Origin: Hemiscyllium ocellatum
Taxonomy: Eukaryota
Length of the DNA stretch: 64,000 bases
Direction: 5' to 3'
Assembly: GCF_020745735.1 (NCBI RefSeq)
Contig: NC_083435.1
Coordinates: 39,581,090 to 39,645,089 of the forward strand
A model generated the notes under the pieces. That model saw only the letters and a program-made list of their open reading frames with translations, did not search any database and was not told the DNA's origin. Position numbers and translations under genes: made by a program. This document shows positions 24,731-37,271 of this stretch, piece by piece. Within the stretch, counting starts at the first letter, position 1. Each line of letters begins with the position of its first letter.

Positions 24731-25799
24731 GCTTGATCTCTTCAAAGTCTGTCATATTTAGCATGGTGATAGTGCCACACAACATGACGGAGGATATTCT
24801 CAATGGGAAAATGGTATGCCTGTAAAGTAGTTGTTGTCACCCTGAGTTTGTGGAAGTTTACAAGAGTCTTTATTTCTTTAGGAAACACACAGCTTCCTGT
24901 TGATGGAGAAATTGTCCCATTCCACAAAGACCACTGACCAATATATTGTGTACAGGAGTCTTACTGTAGGATCCTAAGTATTTCAGTGAATAGAAACACT
25001 ACACTGACAAATCAAGTTTTGCCAAAATATGATTTATTATGTGTTATAAATCTATGCAGAAGATTGAAAGAACAGGAGGAAAGGAAGACAAAATTCAATT
25101 TACGCCAAAATAACAAAAGTCTTTGAAAGTGACTTATGATCTATCCCAGAAAGTTGAAATGAATCTTGGAAGAGTGTAAGGTGAACTTATCACACTTTTA
25201 TTATATTATACTGAGGGAACTCACCCCACTCCCTCACTATACTCAGGATAGTAGTCCTCCCAGCCAGAGATCTATCTGGAAAACTGTATTCAGTTCTGCA
25301 GGCCACTCCTCAGGGGAGTATATTTTTCTTGGAGGGAGCCCAGCGTAGATTCATTGGAATGTTTCTGAGGTTAAATGATGAGAACAGGTTTCACAGACTG
25401 AGCCTGTATGTATTCTGTAGAGTGCAGAAAAATTAAGGGATAATTCAACTGAAATTTTTGAAGATGAGTAAACTAGCTGATTGAATAGTTTGAGAGAATA
25501 GTTCCTCGGAAAGTCTAGAACAAGGGACAGAGCATTAAAATGAAAGTGAGGCTGTTCAGGGTGATGTCAACAAACATTTCTTCACAAAAATGGGACTGGA
25601 AATCTCAAACTCTGTACCCACAAAAATCTGTTGAAGCTGGGGGTCAATTGAAAAATTTAAAACTATGATTGATAGATTTTCTGTTAGGCAAGAGGATTAA
25701 AGGTTAGAGAGCTGAAACAGGTAAGAGTTAAGACACAGATCAGCCATGATGTACCAGGCTCAATGAATCAATGCATGCTAGAGGATCCAATTTAACTCT

Positions 25800-26090
25800 T
25801 GAGGTGTGACAACTGTGTGAGGGATTTCGAACAGATTCAAACTCATTCTGTTGGGGTTTCTCCCAGGGGTCTGTGTACCTGTGTTGGTGGATCAAAAGCT
25901 ACACTGGCCGTGTGAAAGACTTGTCACACAACTCATATCTGAAAGGTTTCTCACAGTGTGGATTTGCTGGTGCTTCAGAAGTTTGGAGGAGTGGGTAAAA
26001 GCCTCGTCACAAACATTTCAGCTAAAGGGTTCTCCCCAAGTGAGTCCTCAGATACTCGAGGAGGGAGAAGTTGTTATGAATGCTTTCCCA
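25800..26090 (-). pseudogene. Decayed fingers continuing the ZNF-3 tail beyond a LINE insertion
   Basis: Minus-strand gagaaacctttcagatatgagttgtgtgacaagtctttcacacgg and ggagaaaacccc. Confidence 0.7.
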
Positions 26091-26093
26091 CCT

Positions 26094-27200
26094 AGAAGAC
26101 CAGAAGGTACAGGAACAGAAATAGGCCATTCGGCCCTTCAAGTCCGCTCTACCATTCACTCATGGCTGATTGGTTTCTCAACCCCATTCTCCCGCTTTCT
26201 CCCTGTCACCCTCAATCCCTTTCACAATCAGAACTTTTCTATCTCTGTTTTAAATATATTCAATGGCCTGGCCTCCACAGCCTCCTGTGGCTATGAATTC
26301 CATAGGTTCACCATTCCCTGGCTGGAGAGTCTTCTCCATATCACCGTTCTAAAAGTCTTCCCTTTACTCTAAGGTTATGCCTTCAGGTCCTAGTCTCTTC
26401 TACCAATGAAAACATCTTCCCAACATCCACTCTGTCCAGGCCATTCAGTATCCTGTAAGTTTCAGTCAGATATCCCCTCATCCTTCTAAATTCCATCAAC
26501 TTCTAAATTCCCAGAGTCCTCAAACGTTCCTCATACCTTATGCCTTTCATTCCTGGGGTCATTCTCAGAACCTCCTTTGGACCAGCTCCATCCTTCCTGA
26601 GGTATGGGGCCCAAAATCACTCCAAATGGGATCTGAACAGAGCCTGCTACTGACTCAACCTGCAAGTTTATCTTAAGAGAAACCTGGACTAGGACTCCCA
26701 AGTCATTTTGTACTTTAGATTTCTGAATTTTCTCCCCATTCAGAAAAATATTGTATTTTATCTGCCACTCTTTTTACCAAATCCTTCTGCAGCCTCCCTG
26801 CCTCGTCAGTACTACCTGCCCTTGAACTATATTTGTATCAGCTGCAAACAAAGTTGTGGTCCCAACACTGACCCTTCTGGAACACCACTTGTCACTGGTT
26901 TCCATCCTGAGAAAGAGCTTGTTATCCCCACACTCTGCTGTCTGCCAGACAGCCAAGCTTCTATCCATGCTGGCACCTTGCCTCTAACACCATGGGCCCT
27001 CATCTTACTCAGCAGCCTCCTGTGCAGCACCTTATCTAAGGCCTTCTAGAAGTCTAGATAGATAATATCCATTAGCTCTCCTTGATCCAACCTGCTCATT
27101 ACCTCCTCAAAAGAATTCCAACAGATCTGTCAGGCATGACCTCCCCTTGATGAAACCATGTTGACTTTGCCCTATTTCACTCTGCACTTCCAAGTATTTA
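26094..27200 (-). mobile_element. CR1 LINE fragment inserted in ZNF-3 dead-finger tail
   Basis: HGVRGKVPAWIEAWL, VTSGVPEGSVLGP; candidate 7-bp TSD cccacct at 26087-26093 and 27201-27207. Confidence 0.85.
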
Positions 27201-27290
27201 CCCACCTTGCATGTTAATGATCACTGCCTTGTGTGAATGATCTGGTGTCATACCAGGGTCTATGATTGTTCAAAGCCCTTGTTACACACC

Positions 27291-28571
27291 TCACACTTGA
27301 ATAAACTGTGCTCTTTGTGAAACCTTTGGTGCCTCAGGAGAGGACTGGTTGGAAGCCTCTTCAGTAAATTCATACCTGTAGGGTTTCTCCCCTGTGTGGA
27401 CTCTCTGATGTCTCAGGAGGCTTGTAGACTGTGTGAAACGTTTATCACAAACCTCACATTTGAAGGGTTTCTCCCCTGTATGGACTGTTTGATGAACTAG
27501 GAGGCTTGATGAATACGCGAAGGCTTTGTTACACACTCCACACACGAATGGCTTCTCCCCTGTGTGAATGCGGTGATGTACACGGAGACTCACTGAGTGT
27601 GAGAATGATTTGTCACACACCTCGCATGTAAACGGCTTCTCCCCTGTGTGAACAAGTTGGTGGGAACGAAGTTTTGAGGAGCGAGAGAATGATTTGTTAC
27701 ATATGTCACACGTGAAAGGTTTCTCCCCTGTGTGAATACGTTGATGTATGCGGAGTGTTGATGACTCTGAGAATGATTTGTCACACACATCACACGTGAA
27801 TGGTTTCTCTCCTGTGTGAATCCGTTGATGTGCATAGAGATTGGATGACTTTGAGAAGGATTTATTGCACACCTCACATTGGAAGGGTTTCTCTCCTGTG
27901 TGAACACTCTGGTGCATCAGAAGCCTGGTCGATGTTGTGAAAGCTTTATCGCAAACCTCACATTTGAAGGGTTTTTCTCCTGTGTGGATTGTCTGATGGA
28001 CCAGCAGGTGTGATAACTGTGTGAAAGCTTTATCACACACCTCACAGATGAATGGTTTCTCTCCTGTGTGAATGCGTTGGTGCACATGGAGGGTCACGAA
28101 AGATGAGAATGACTTGTTACATACCTCACATGTGAATGGTTTGTCCCCTGTGTGACTATGTTGGTGTATGTGAAGATTCGATAACTGTGAAAAGGATTTG
28201 TTACACACCTTGCACTTGAAGGGTTTTTCCCCAGTGTGAATACGTTGATGTCTGCGGAGATTTGATAACTGTGAGAAGGATTTCTCACACACCTCACACT
28301 TGAAGGGTTTTTCCCCTGTATGAATGCGTTGATGTACGTGGAAATTCATTGAGTGTGAGAATGATTTGTTGCACACCTCGCATGTGAAGAGTTTCTCCCG
28401 TGTGTGAATGAATTGGTGTTTGTGAAGACTCGATGAGAATACAAATGAGTGATTGCATTCCTTACATGTGAATGGCTTCTCCACAGTGTGATTGCTCTGG
28501 TGCATGTGAAAATTTGAGGAATCCGGGAAATCTTGATCACACAGCCCAGACTTGACTGGATTCTCCTCCAT
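27291..28571 (-). CDS. C2H2 zinc-finger protein ZNF-3 (13 intact fingers + 1 degenerate N-terminal finger)
   Basis: ORF 27291-28622; start placed at MEENPVK (28571) by analogy with MEEK paralogues; an in-frame ATG also exists at 28604. Confidence 0.92.
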   Translation of the reverse strand: MEENPVKSGLCDQDFPDSSNFHMHQSNHTVEKPFTCKECNHSFVFSSSLHKHQFIHTREKLFTCEVCNKSFSHSMNFHVHQRIHTGEKPFKCEVCEKSFSQLSNLRRHQRIHTGEKPFKCKVCNKSFSQLSNLHIHQHSHTGDKPFTCEVCNKSFSSFVTLHVHQRIHTGEKPFICEVCDKAFTQLSHLLVHQTIHTGEKPFKCEVCDKAFTTSTRLLMHQSVHTGEKPFQCEVCNKSFSKSSNLYAHQRIHTGEKPFTCDVCDKSFSESSTLRIHQRIHTGEKPFTCDICNKSFSRSSKLRSHQLVHTGEKPFTCEVCDKSFSHSVSLRVHHRIHTGEKPFVCGVCNKAFAYSSSLLVHQTVHTGEKPFKCEVCDKRFTQSTSLLRHQRVHTGEKPYRYEFTEEASNQSSPEAPKVSQRAQFIQV

Positions 28572-29914
28572 ATGGAAGATCAATAGATGCACTTCACATG
28601 TCATCTGACATGATGGGCCCAACTCAAACTTGAACAGTCTCTCATGTGTAAGAATCAGTCAGTGGTTCATGAGACTCGATGAATGATTGAAGCTCTCACC
28701 ACACTTGGAGCCACTCACACTTCTTCCCAGCCTCACCCTGACCCATCACCCATAGCCAAACCTTCAGAAAGGTTGGTTCTGATGGAAGGCTCCACACCAC
28801 TGACCAGTTTCAGATCTGATGATGAGTCAAAGCCCCCCCTCCCCGACCTGACCGATTTCCAGATGATAGTTTCACTGCCCAACCTCCTCTGTGTTGGGTC
28901 TGGATGTCTTCACACAGTTGTGCAGTTGTTCCTTGGGTGCTGGTCAGGATCTACCTGCAGTGTTTATCCTCTCTGTATTCTCTGGTGTAGTACATTGCAA
29001 TCCTTCTGTAAAACACAAAAAGGAAAAATTATTTCCTTCAATGCCCTCTCTTCCTTTGCTGAAGAGGCTGAATGCTCAGTTACAGACTGTTCCACAGTGA
29101 GTGCCAGTCTGCTATTCTCCTGTGTGGGGGAATTAGATACAAATTATTTATATTTCCTCACTTGACTGTCACATATCCTCTGTTTCTAGCAGGGACACTG
29201 GATAGTGACGAAGAGCAGACAATGTGGCTACTTTCTTTCTTCCACCCAGATCTCCATTTTCCCAGATACCATTAAAGTAACGGAAAAGACAGTTGGGCTG
29301 AGTGTAAAATGGGTTATCGATTGACCTTGAATTTGTGTTGTGCTGACGTGGACCAGTTTTACCCTTCAGGATTGTGTGTCATACAAAAACCCTAAAGAAA
29401 AAAATGTTAATTCAGTGGAGACCTAAAAGGTTAGTTTTTGAAGAAAATTATTTGAAGAAAGCACCCTGAGCAGGAAGTGCAAGAAGCTGAGGAAAATATT
29501 GTTTCAGTTTAGCTGATGGAAGGGTTCTGGTTTATAATGGGAAATTAGATGTACATGCACTGCATTCACTCAGGCGGCACATCCCAAATTCAGTCATCAG
29601 CCACAGCACTGGGCCACATGATCAAATCCAAGCCCAGGCTTTTGGGAAAGATTTTCAGGAAAAGTCTTTAAGGAAGATATTAAAAGACGTTGCAAATAGT
29701 GTGTCTCCAGGTATGGGGAGCTGAATTGCTATGGTGTTGGATTAACAATCACAGAAAGTTACACACATATAATTATGGTGAGAAACAGGCCATTCGGCCT
29801 AATTCGAAATGCTTCACATGAGCCTCCTCTCAACCTCTTCATCACACCCCATCAGCAGATCCTTCTGATCCTTTCTCTCTCATTTGCACCGGGGGTGGGG
29901 GGGGGGGGGGGTTC

Positions 29915-30068
29915 AATTCCCATCATCGGTATGAGGTTATCATGAAGGACTCTCCTTCTCAACCTCTTCCTTCACCCAAGTTCTGGTTGCCCTCAGGTTA
30001 AATCACCACCAGTTGCTCCTCTCTAATAAGAGAGTAGCCCCTATGGTCTGGTAAGACTATGGTGACAC
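29915..30068 (+). mobile_element. SINE family copy; inverted relative at ~49195-49405
   Basis: ggttcaattcccatca..catgaaggactctcctt..ccctcaggttaaatcacca..taagactatgg shared. Confidence 0.6.
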
Positions 30069-30087
30069 AACAGCTTATCTAGTTTTT

Positions 30088-30366
30088 TTTTAGATTCCCT
30101 ACAGTGTGGAAACAGGCCCTTCAGCCCAACAAGTCCACATCGACCCTCCGAAGAAAAACCCAGCCCCCTATATTTACCCTTGACTAATCCACCTAACACT
30201 ACAGGCAATTCAGCATGGCCAATTCAACTAACCTGCACTGTGGGAGGAAACCGGAGCACCCAGAGGAAACCCACGCAGACACAGGGAGAATGTGCAAACT
30301 CCACACACAGTTGCCCGAGGTCCCTGGTGCTGTGAGGCAGCAATGCTAACCACTGAGCCACCGTGC
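30088..30366 (-). mobile_element. HE1-type SINE
   Basis: Reverse complement of HE1 head and tail. Confidence 0.88.
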
Positions 30367-31254
30367 CTTAAAGGCATCTCTGCTCTTCACCTCAACCACT
30401 CCAGATTGTGAAAGTGAACTTAATCAATATTAGAATTTGTGGAATAGAATCAAAACAAAAACACGAACACTTTCAGCTTATCCTAAACATCCAAATACTG
30501 ATCTTCACAAAAGTGAACCTTCTACAACTGCATGGTCTGGTTTCATGTGACTCTAGTCCTATGCAACGTAGTTAAGTTTGAACTGACCTCTGAAGAGGTT
30601 AACCAAACAATGTAAATAATTACGACAAAGTCCAATAACAAGAGGAAAATCACTGACGCTTGGACATTCCTGACATTTTGTCAGAATAAGATGAAGGTAA
30701 TGTTTGCACAGTGAAATCACTTACCAAGAGCTGAGGACACGTGCCTAAGTGAGGAGGCCCACAGACTGGTCAATGGGCAGTGACATTCACTGAATCATAT
30801 TGATGTGGAAAAGTCCCAGACTCGTCCATCACCCTCAATGAGCAGAACACTGCAGATGCGGGTAATATGAAATAAAGGTAGAAAATACTTTTAAATGTCA
30901 GCAGGTCAGGCTGGATCAATGGAGAAATGGACAAATGGATGTTACATTTCACATCTATAACCTTTCATCAGAACTGTGAGAAGTTGGAAATGGAATAGGT
31001 TTTGAATGAGCGGTGGGTGGGACAAGAAGAAAGACAGAAATCTGTTGCGAGAAAAGACAGAGAGGTAGAATGACACAAATGCAAATGCTCCAAGGTCAAA
31101 GGCAATGGAGATTGGGCAACAGATAAATAAACAAACAACCTACTTAAATACACACTATGAAGTGACCACTCACAGTCCACAGGATAACAAACAGCTTCCA
31201 ATACACACACAGAACACAGGAAATCAGTAAGAATCTTCAGACACTCTGCACTCC

Positions 31255-31885
31255 CTACATAATGACACCTCACCCTCTCATATTCAGGAATGAGCCATCA
31301 ACAAAACTCAGCCTGGAAATCAGAGGGAAATGCTTCCAATAAACACACTCAATATCCAACACACAGCTCCAGTCACACAGTTCAGCACAAAGCACTGAGT
31401 AAACAGCTCTCTCAGCTGGATCTTCTCACACAGCATAAGGGACATTTCCACCCCTGATTACCCACAGGATAGTCAGACTGCCTGAAGATTGGTGTGGATA
31501 TTATGGGATACAATTTGTATAAAAGCTGCTCCTTCACTCACCATCTCCTCACTTGGTTTTCAGTCCCTATAGGAAGTGAACCAGCTCTGGAAGAGGAAGA
31601 GGAGACAATGAGCAGAGTGGGTGGACTCTCTGATTGACGTCTCTCACAGTCAATCCAAATATTTCTGGAGCAACATGAGTTTCCTGAAACTTGGGAAACT
31701 GACGGGGAAATGGAGGTGACTTTGAGCAGCAGATCAGGTGGGGATTTAAACTCGTCACTGTCCCATCTGAATAAAACCTCACTTATTGCAGCTGCTGTCT
31801 CAGTTCCCCTGGGAAATGTTTGACAGAGATTTCCAGTGTGGGAATAGCATTCTTCACACTAAGAGGCTTTCAAACTGACAACATC
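31255..31885 (-). other. Conserved upstream cassette C (for ZNF-3): predicted exon a 31586-31542, exon b 31312-31274
   Basis: Reverse complement of cassette A with 1-2 intron differences. Confidence 0.8.
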
Positions 31886-32657
31886 AGTGTGGGATATGTA
31901 TCCTCGGTTGTGTTTGATAGAAAATCAACACAGGAAGACCCACAACTTCCAAGGCAGTGATGACGTGCTGTGATGTTAAGAAAGCACCATATTTCCAGTG
32001 GAGAGATCATCAAAGGTGAGATGGAACATGAGTCATTCTGCTGTCAGTTCATGTGCTGGATATAGTGATAATGTTATCAGCATTTTTCTTAAAGATACAT
32101 ACTGAACTTGAAACATAACACAACAATTAAAGCATATATGAATGATCCAGAGAGGATTGGACAATGTGCATGCTGAAAGGATGCTTCTCCTTCTGGGAGA
32201 ACTAGATTAGGAGGCACAGTTTAGAAAATAACAGTCTCCCGCTTAAAATGGAGATAAGAATTTTTAATATCTGTGATTGTGAGTTTCTAGAATTCTCTTC
32301 CACAGATAACAGTATTGGCAGGGATACTAAGACTTTGACTAATATGAGTACCAATCAGAATCGAGGTAGACAGCTATTTGTCTCCGAGGCCGCAATCAGT
32401 TGATAATCACTGAATCTTACTGAGTTGCAGAGCTGGCTTGAGGGCACAATGGCCTGCTGTTCCTATCTCACATGTTTGTATTTTCTCACTGGAGTAAACC
32501 AGAAGAATCACTGTAAGTAACTATCGGTGGCACTGGGATAATTTATCAGAGACATTGGGAGGAATCAATAATAGATACTTAGTGTAATCTATAGGAACAA
32601 AAACAGACTTCTGTCAAGTTCTCCAATGCACAATCCCATGAACAATGGCCTTACGTC

Positions 32658-32755
32658 ATTCCTGATGAAGGGCTTATGCTTGAAACGTCGATTCTCCTGC
32701 TCCTTGGATGCTGCCTGACTGGCTGTGCCTTTCCAGCACCACGCTTCTCAGCTCT
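32658..32755 (+). mobile_element. Short Penelope-derived piece with hammerhead (32658-32693)
   Basis: attc-ctgatga-a-gggc-ttat-gctt-gaaac-gtc-gatt. Confidence 0.75.
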
Positions 32756-33639
32756 ACACTTTACCCTCTTAACACTATTGTATAAGCTTTTGAGAATTGA
32801 CCAACAACCTACTCCCTATATGAGATATTCCAAATGTGACAATGAGTAATCAATATTAAAACATTGGACAAAAATAATTACCCACACTGAGAGTACCAGA
32901 ATCTGAATAATATACAATAATTCCCCATGATCTGTGTAAAAGTGTGCGAACCCTCCACAAGTCTGAGATGTAAAATCCAGGATTGTGGTGCACTCCTTCC
33001 TGCCATGTTCTGTACCTGGAGACCAAACCAACCAGGAGTTCAGCTCCAAGCCCACAGCTTGAACCTCCCCACCGCCCCCCCCCACCCACTCCCCTCCACT
33101 CATATATACACACACACACAGCAACCTTGCTGCTGAAATTGCTGAGAGAGACAAAAGGACCCCATTAACCATAAAACCTCAACAACAGATTATTGGTTTT
33201 TATTGAGCCACTAACATGTAGATGTAACTTATTTGGTGAGACAACAGTTGACGTTGGACGCTGACTATGTCTCTATAAAAGCTGTGTCCACAACTTCCAC
33301 ATCCCAGTGACCATTACAGCGGATTTCACACAAAATAATCCAACACTTCAACATTTCCTCACAAAATGTTCCTGTAATTTGTGTTAAAATGTTTTATAAT
33401 AAGACTGTAATATCCCTAATAGAAGAATATTTGTCAACATTTATCAGTTTTGTCCCAAAATCTTATGAAACCCAACATCTCCAGAAATACCTCGGTCATT
33501 GCAACAATAGCTCACATTTAGTGAGAAAAAGTTGGAGACATACTCTCTGGCAGTGCCTTCCTGTGTTTGACGGAGGGATGGACAGACCATCTCCTCAAAC
33601 ATGACTGCATTGCAGCCCCAAGCCCAGAAAGCTCCCCCT

Positions 33640-33860
33640 TCACTGAGATTCCTCCACAGGAACTCAGCTCAGTTCGAACCGCTCACAATCCCGCTTCGAA
33701 CTACATTACCCATGCTGCATGTGGGACCCTGCGCCTGCGCAGTGAGAGGCGGCCGCATGAAACCTGGGGAGAGCCAGTCCGCGGTGCCTGACGGGGGTTG
33801 TAGTTCTGATCCACGCAACGGCGATGGGCGCCCAGCGATCGGGAATTTGAGGGCAACCCC
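33640..33860. promoter_or_regulatory. CpG-rich candidate bidirectional promoter between ZNF-3 and ZNF-4
   Basis: ZNF143/SBS-like ACTACATTACCCATGCTGCA (33700-33719), NRF1-like TGCGCCTGCGCA (33730-33741), second SBS-like motif on minus (33779-33804); paralogue at 63690-64000. Confidence 0.7.
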
Positions 33861-33869
33861 TGTACATGG

Positions 33870-35047
33870 CTAAAAAAATCACACAACACCAAGTTATACC
33901 AGGTGCCCACAACCACCTGATGAAAGAGCAGCACTCCGAAAACTAGTGCTTCCAATTAAACCTGTTGGACTGTAACCTGGTGTTGTGTGATAACAGTGTT
34001 TTACATAAATTCATGCAGCAAGGATGCCCGGAGGCATGGTACATTGGGGACACCGAGCAAAGGCTACGACAATGGATGAATGGGCACCGCACAACAATCA
34101 ACAGACAGGAGGGTTCCCTCCCAGTTAGGGAACACTTCAGTGGTCCAGGACATTCAGCCTCGGACTTTCGGGTGACCGTCCTCCAAGGTGGACTTCGGGA
34201 CAGGCAGCAGAGGAAAGTGGCCAAGCAGAGGCTGATAGCTAAGTTCGGTACCCAGAGGGAGGGCCTCAACCGGGACCTTGGGTTCATGTCACATTACAGG
34301 TGATCACCATTGCACTACACACACACTCTCACATAAACACGGTCACAGGTACACACAGACGCGCACAAAGACACCCACACACACTCTTATAGACAGACAC
34401 ACTCCCACACTCACACACGCACCCCCTCACAGACTTGACACTCTGCACTCACTACACATACATACACACACACACAAACACACACTTTCTCACACTCACA
34501 ACCCCACCCCAGACAGACAGACACAGACAGACAAAGACCCACATGCACACATATATTTTGTGGGGTGAATTTGTATTTGCAGAGTTACATTGTACTTTGC
34601 TCAAAAACTGCATACATTCATGTAGAACTCTGAGCTCAAAAACTGCATGAATTTATGTAAAACACTGTTATCTCACTTTTTAGATTAGAATCAATCTAAA
34701 CATCAGGTCATAGACAGAGAACACAGGAGGCTAACACCTTCAACATATTGTCTAGCTATCACCATTGCTAACAGCTAACCCGAGAATGCAACTTTAAAAA
34801 AAAGGTTTTGTGATTTACACATGAAAGAAGTGAAACTATCACTGTATTCTAACAGATGAAAGGCTTAACAGACAATCAATTTTTCAATGTATAATTTCAG
34901 CTACATCACACTGTAAATTTTTGCTATAAATTCTGTGTTACGATCAAGCCCTCCACTATCACCTGATGAAGGAGCTAGTTGCTTCGAAAGCTAGTGTGCT
35001 TCCAATTAAACCTGTTGGACTATAACCTGGTGTTGTGTGATTTTTAA
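33870..35047 (+). mobile_element. Rearranged Penelope-like element: GIY-YIG endonuclease end flanked by pseudo-LTR repeats with hammerheads
   Basis: WYIGDTEQRLRQWMNGHR...GLNRD; direct repeats 33914-33990 and 34960-35047 containing cacCTGATGA..cGAAA; short inverted pieces. Confidence 0.88.
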
Positions 35048-35322
35048 CTCTGGTGGTTGGAGTCGCGATCGCAACCTGTTCCCCCCCTCGAGAGTTCCCC
35101 ATGTCCATTCAGGCCCTCGTCTCTCCTTCAATGTAACCCCAATCCCTCCTCTTTCTCTTTCTTAAGCTAATTTCTAAAGCTCTGAAGACCTGTGGAACTA
35201 TCTGTGCTCTTAGCCAAGATGTTCTAGTTCAGCTGCAATATTGGCATCTATGTGACAATGTGGAAAATTGCCAAGGTGTGTCTTCAAATTTGCATGACTT
35301 TGACTGTCCTCCACTCCTCCAG

Positions 35323-35885
35323 GTGGGAGATAGACTGATTAGTAAAGTTAGATCACATAGGAAAAATGGAGAGCTTATCAATTGGATACAAAATTGGCTT
35401 GACTGTAGGAGACAGACTGTGGTCATGAAGGGTTGTTGTTCAGACTGGAGGCCTGTGACTGGTGGTGTTCCACAGGGATCAATGCTGGCTCCACTGTTTT
35501 TTATTTACATGAACAATTTGGATGAAAATATAGAACGCATGATTATTAAATTTGTGGATGACATGAAAATTGGTGGCATCGTGGACAGTGAAGAAGGTTA
35601 CCTAAGAGTACCATAGTACCTTGATTAGATAGGCCAAGGGGGACTAGGAATGGCAAATGGAATTTAATTTGGATAAATGTGACGTGTTGCATTTTGGTAA
35701 GATAAACAAATGCGGAGTTTACACAGTTCAGGATTGTCGGTGCAGGCATCACAGGTAGATAGGACAGTGATGAAGAAGGTGTTTGGTACACTTGGTCAGA
35801 ACACTGCATGTTGCAGCTAAACAGGATGTTGGTGAGGCCATTTTTGGAGTACAGTGTGTAGTTCTGGTCACCCTGCTTTGAAAGG
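35323..35885 (+). mobile_element. CR1 LINE RT fragment
   Basis: WIQNWL..GVPQGSML..KFVDD. Confidence 0.85.
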
Positions 35886-36181
35886 GGCAGCACAGTGGCT
35901 CAGTAGTTAGCACTGCTGCCTCACAACACCAGGGTCCCAGGTTTGATTCCAGCCTTGGGCAACTGTCTGTGTGGAGTTTGCATCTTCTCCCCATGTCTGC
36001 GTGGGTATCCTGCGGGTACTCTGGTTCCTTCCCACAGTCCAAAGATGTGCAGGTTAGGTGAATTGGCAATGCTAAATTGCCCAAAGTGTTAGGTGCATTC
36101 GTCAGAGGGAAATGGGACTGGGTGGGTTACTCTTCGGAGGGTTGGTGTGGACTTGTTGGGCCGAAGGGCCTGTTTCCACAC
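35886..36181 (+). mobile_element. HE1-type SINE
   Basis: Head and tail motifs. Confidence 0.88.
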
Positions 36182-36249
36182 CATCCCACTAAGTGTGGGA
36201 TGAGGAGCCCTAGAAAAATTTGAATTAATGGGCTGGTTGGGCTCATATG

Positions 36250-37090
36250 TGGCACATAGAAAGATTGCTCTGTTGTTGTAGGTCAGTCACCTCAACTTCA
36301 GGACATCTCTGCATGAATTTCTCAGGGTAGTGTCCTACACCAAATAATCCTCAGCTGCTTAATCAGTGACCATCCCTCTATCATAAGGTCAGAAGTGGGG
36401 ATGAAGGAACATATGTGCCACCCAAATACCAAGCAAAGATCAGCAAGAGAAACTCCAACCATGGTCTATTGATACTCTTCATATCACTGAATTCCACCAC
36501 CATCAATATCCCAGGGGTAAGCATTGACCAGAAACTGAACTGGACTAGCCATGTAAATATAGTAGCAAGAAGAGCAAGTCAGAGGCCAGGAATCCTGCAG
36601 GGAATAACTCACCTCCTGACTCCCCAAAACCTGTTCAGCATCTGCAAGTATGATCGAATACTCCCCACTTGCCTAGAGAAGTGCAGCTCCAACAACACTC
36701 ATGAACATTAACACCATTCAGGACTCAGCAACCCATTTCTTTGGAAATCCATACACCACCAACACTCAACGTGTGCATCATGTACAAGAGGCACTGCAGA
36801 TCTTCACCAAGGACCTTGATCAACTAGAAGGATAAGGCCAGCAGATACATACAAATTTCACCAGTGAAAGTTGCCCCCAAAGGATCAATTCATTCATACT
36901 TGGCACTTCTCACTGCTTTTTAAACTGTCACTAACTCAAAATCTGGGAACTCCCAAACAGGACTGCGGTTGCACCGGTATTATACAGACTGCAACAATTC
37001 AAGAAGTCAGGTCATCACCTCTTACTTCAGAGTAATTAGGAATACTCTATAAATGCTGACAGTCAGTGAAGCCCACTTCCAGTGAATGAA
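36250..37090 (+). mobile_element. Old L2/CR1-group LINE 3' fragment
   Basis: NIPGVSIDQKLNWTSHVN..RASQRPGIL. Confidence 0.7.
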
Positions 37091-37271
37091 AGAAACCTCC
37101 CTCAATCTGAGTAAATTTCTGAGGTAAAATCACTTGCTGAATCACATTGTTATCAGGAGTTCGGAGCAAGGGTCACTGGACATGAAATGATGATTCTGAT
37201 TTCTCTCCAAAGATGCTGCCAGACCTGATAAGCTTTTCCAGCAATTTCTGTTTTTGTTGCTCCAGAAATTG

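Noticed and set aside
28683-29165. Antisense ORF MIEALTTLGAT... also at 15551-15760
   Set aside because: Lengths vary (160, 69, ~52 aa) and it is frameshifted in ZNF-5; explained by the conserved sense-strand block
32856-33119. Ig-like DSG...YFC peptide shared with 47319-47522
   Set aside because: Spacing does not fit the Ig DxxxYxC motif and the reading frame is not conserved between copies
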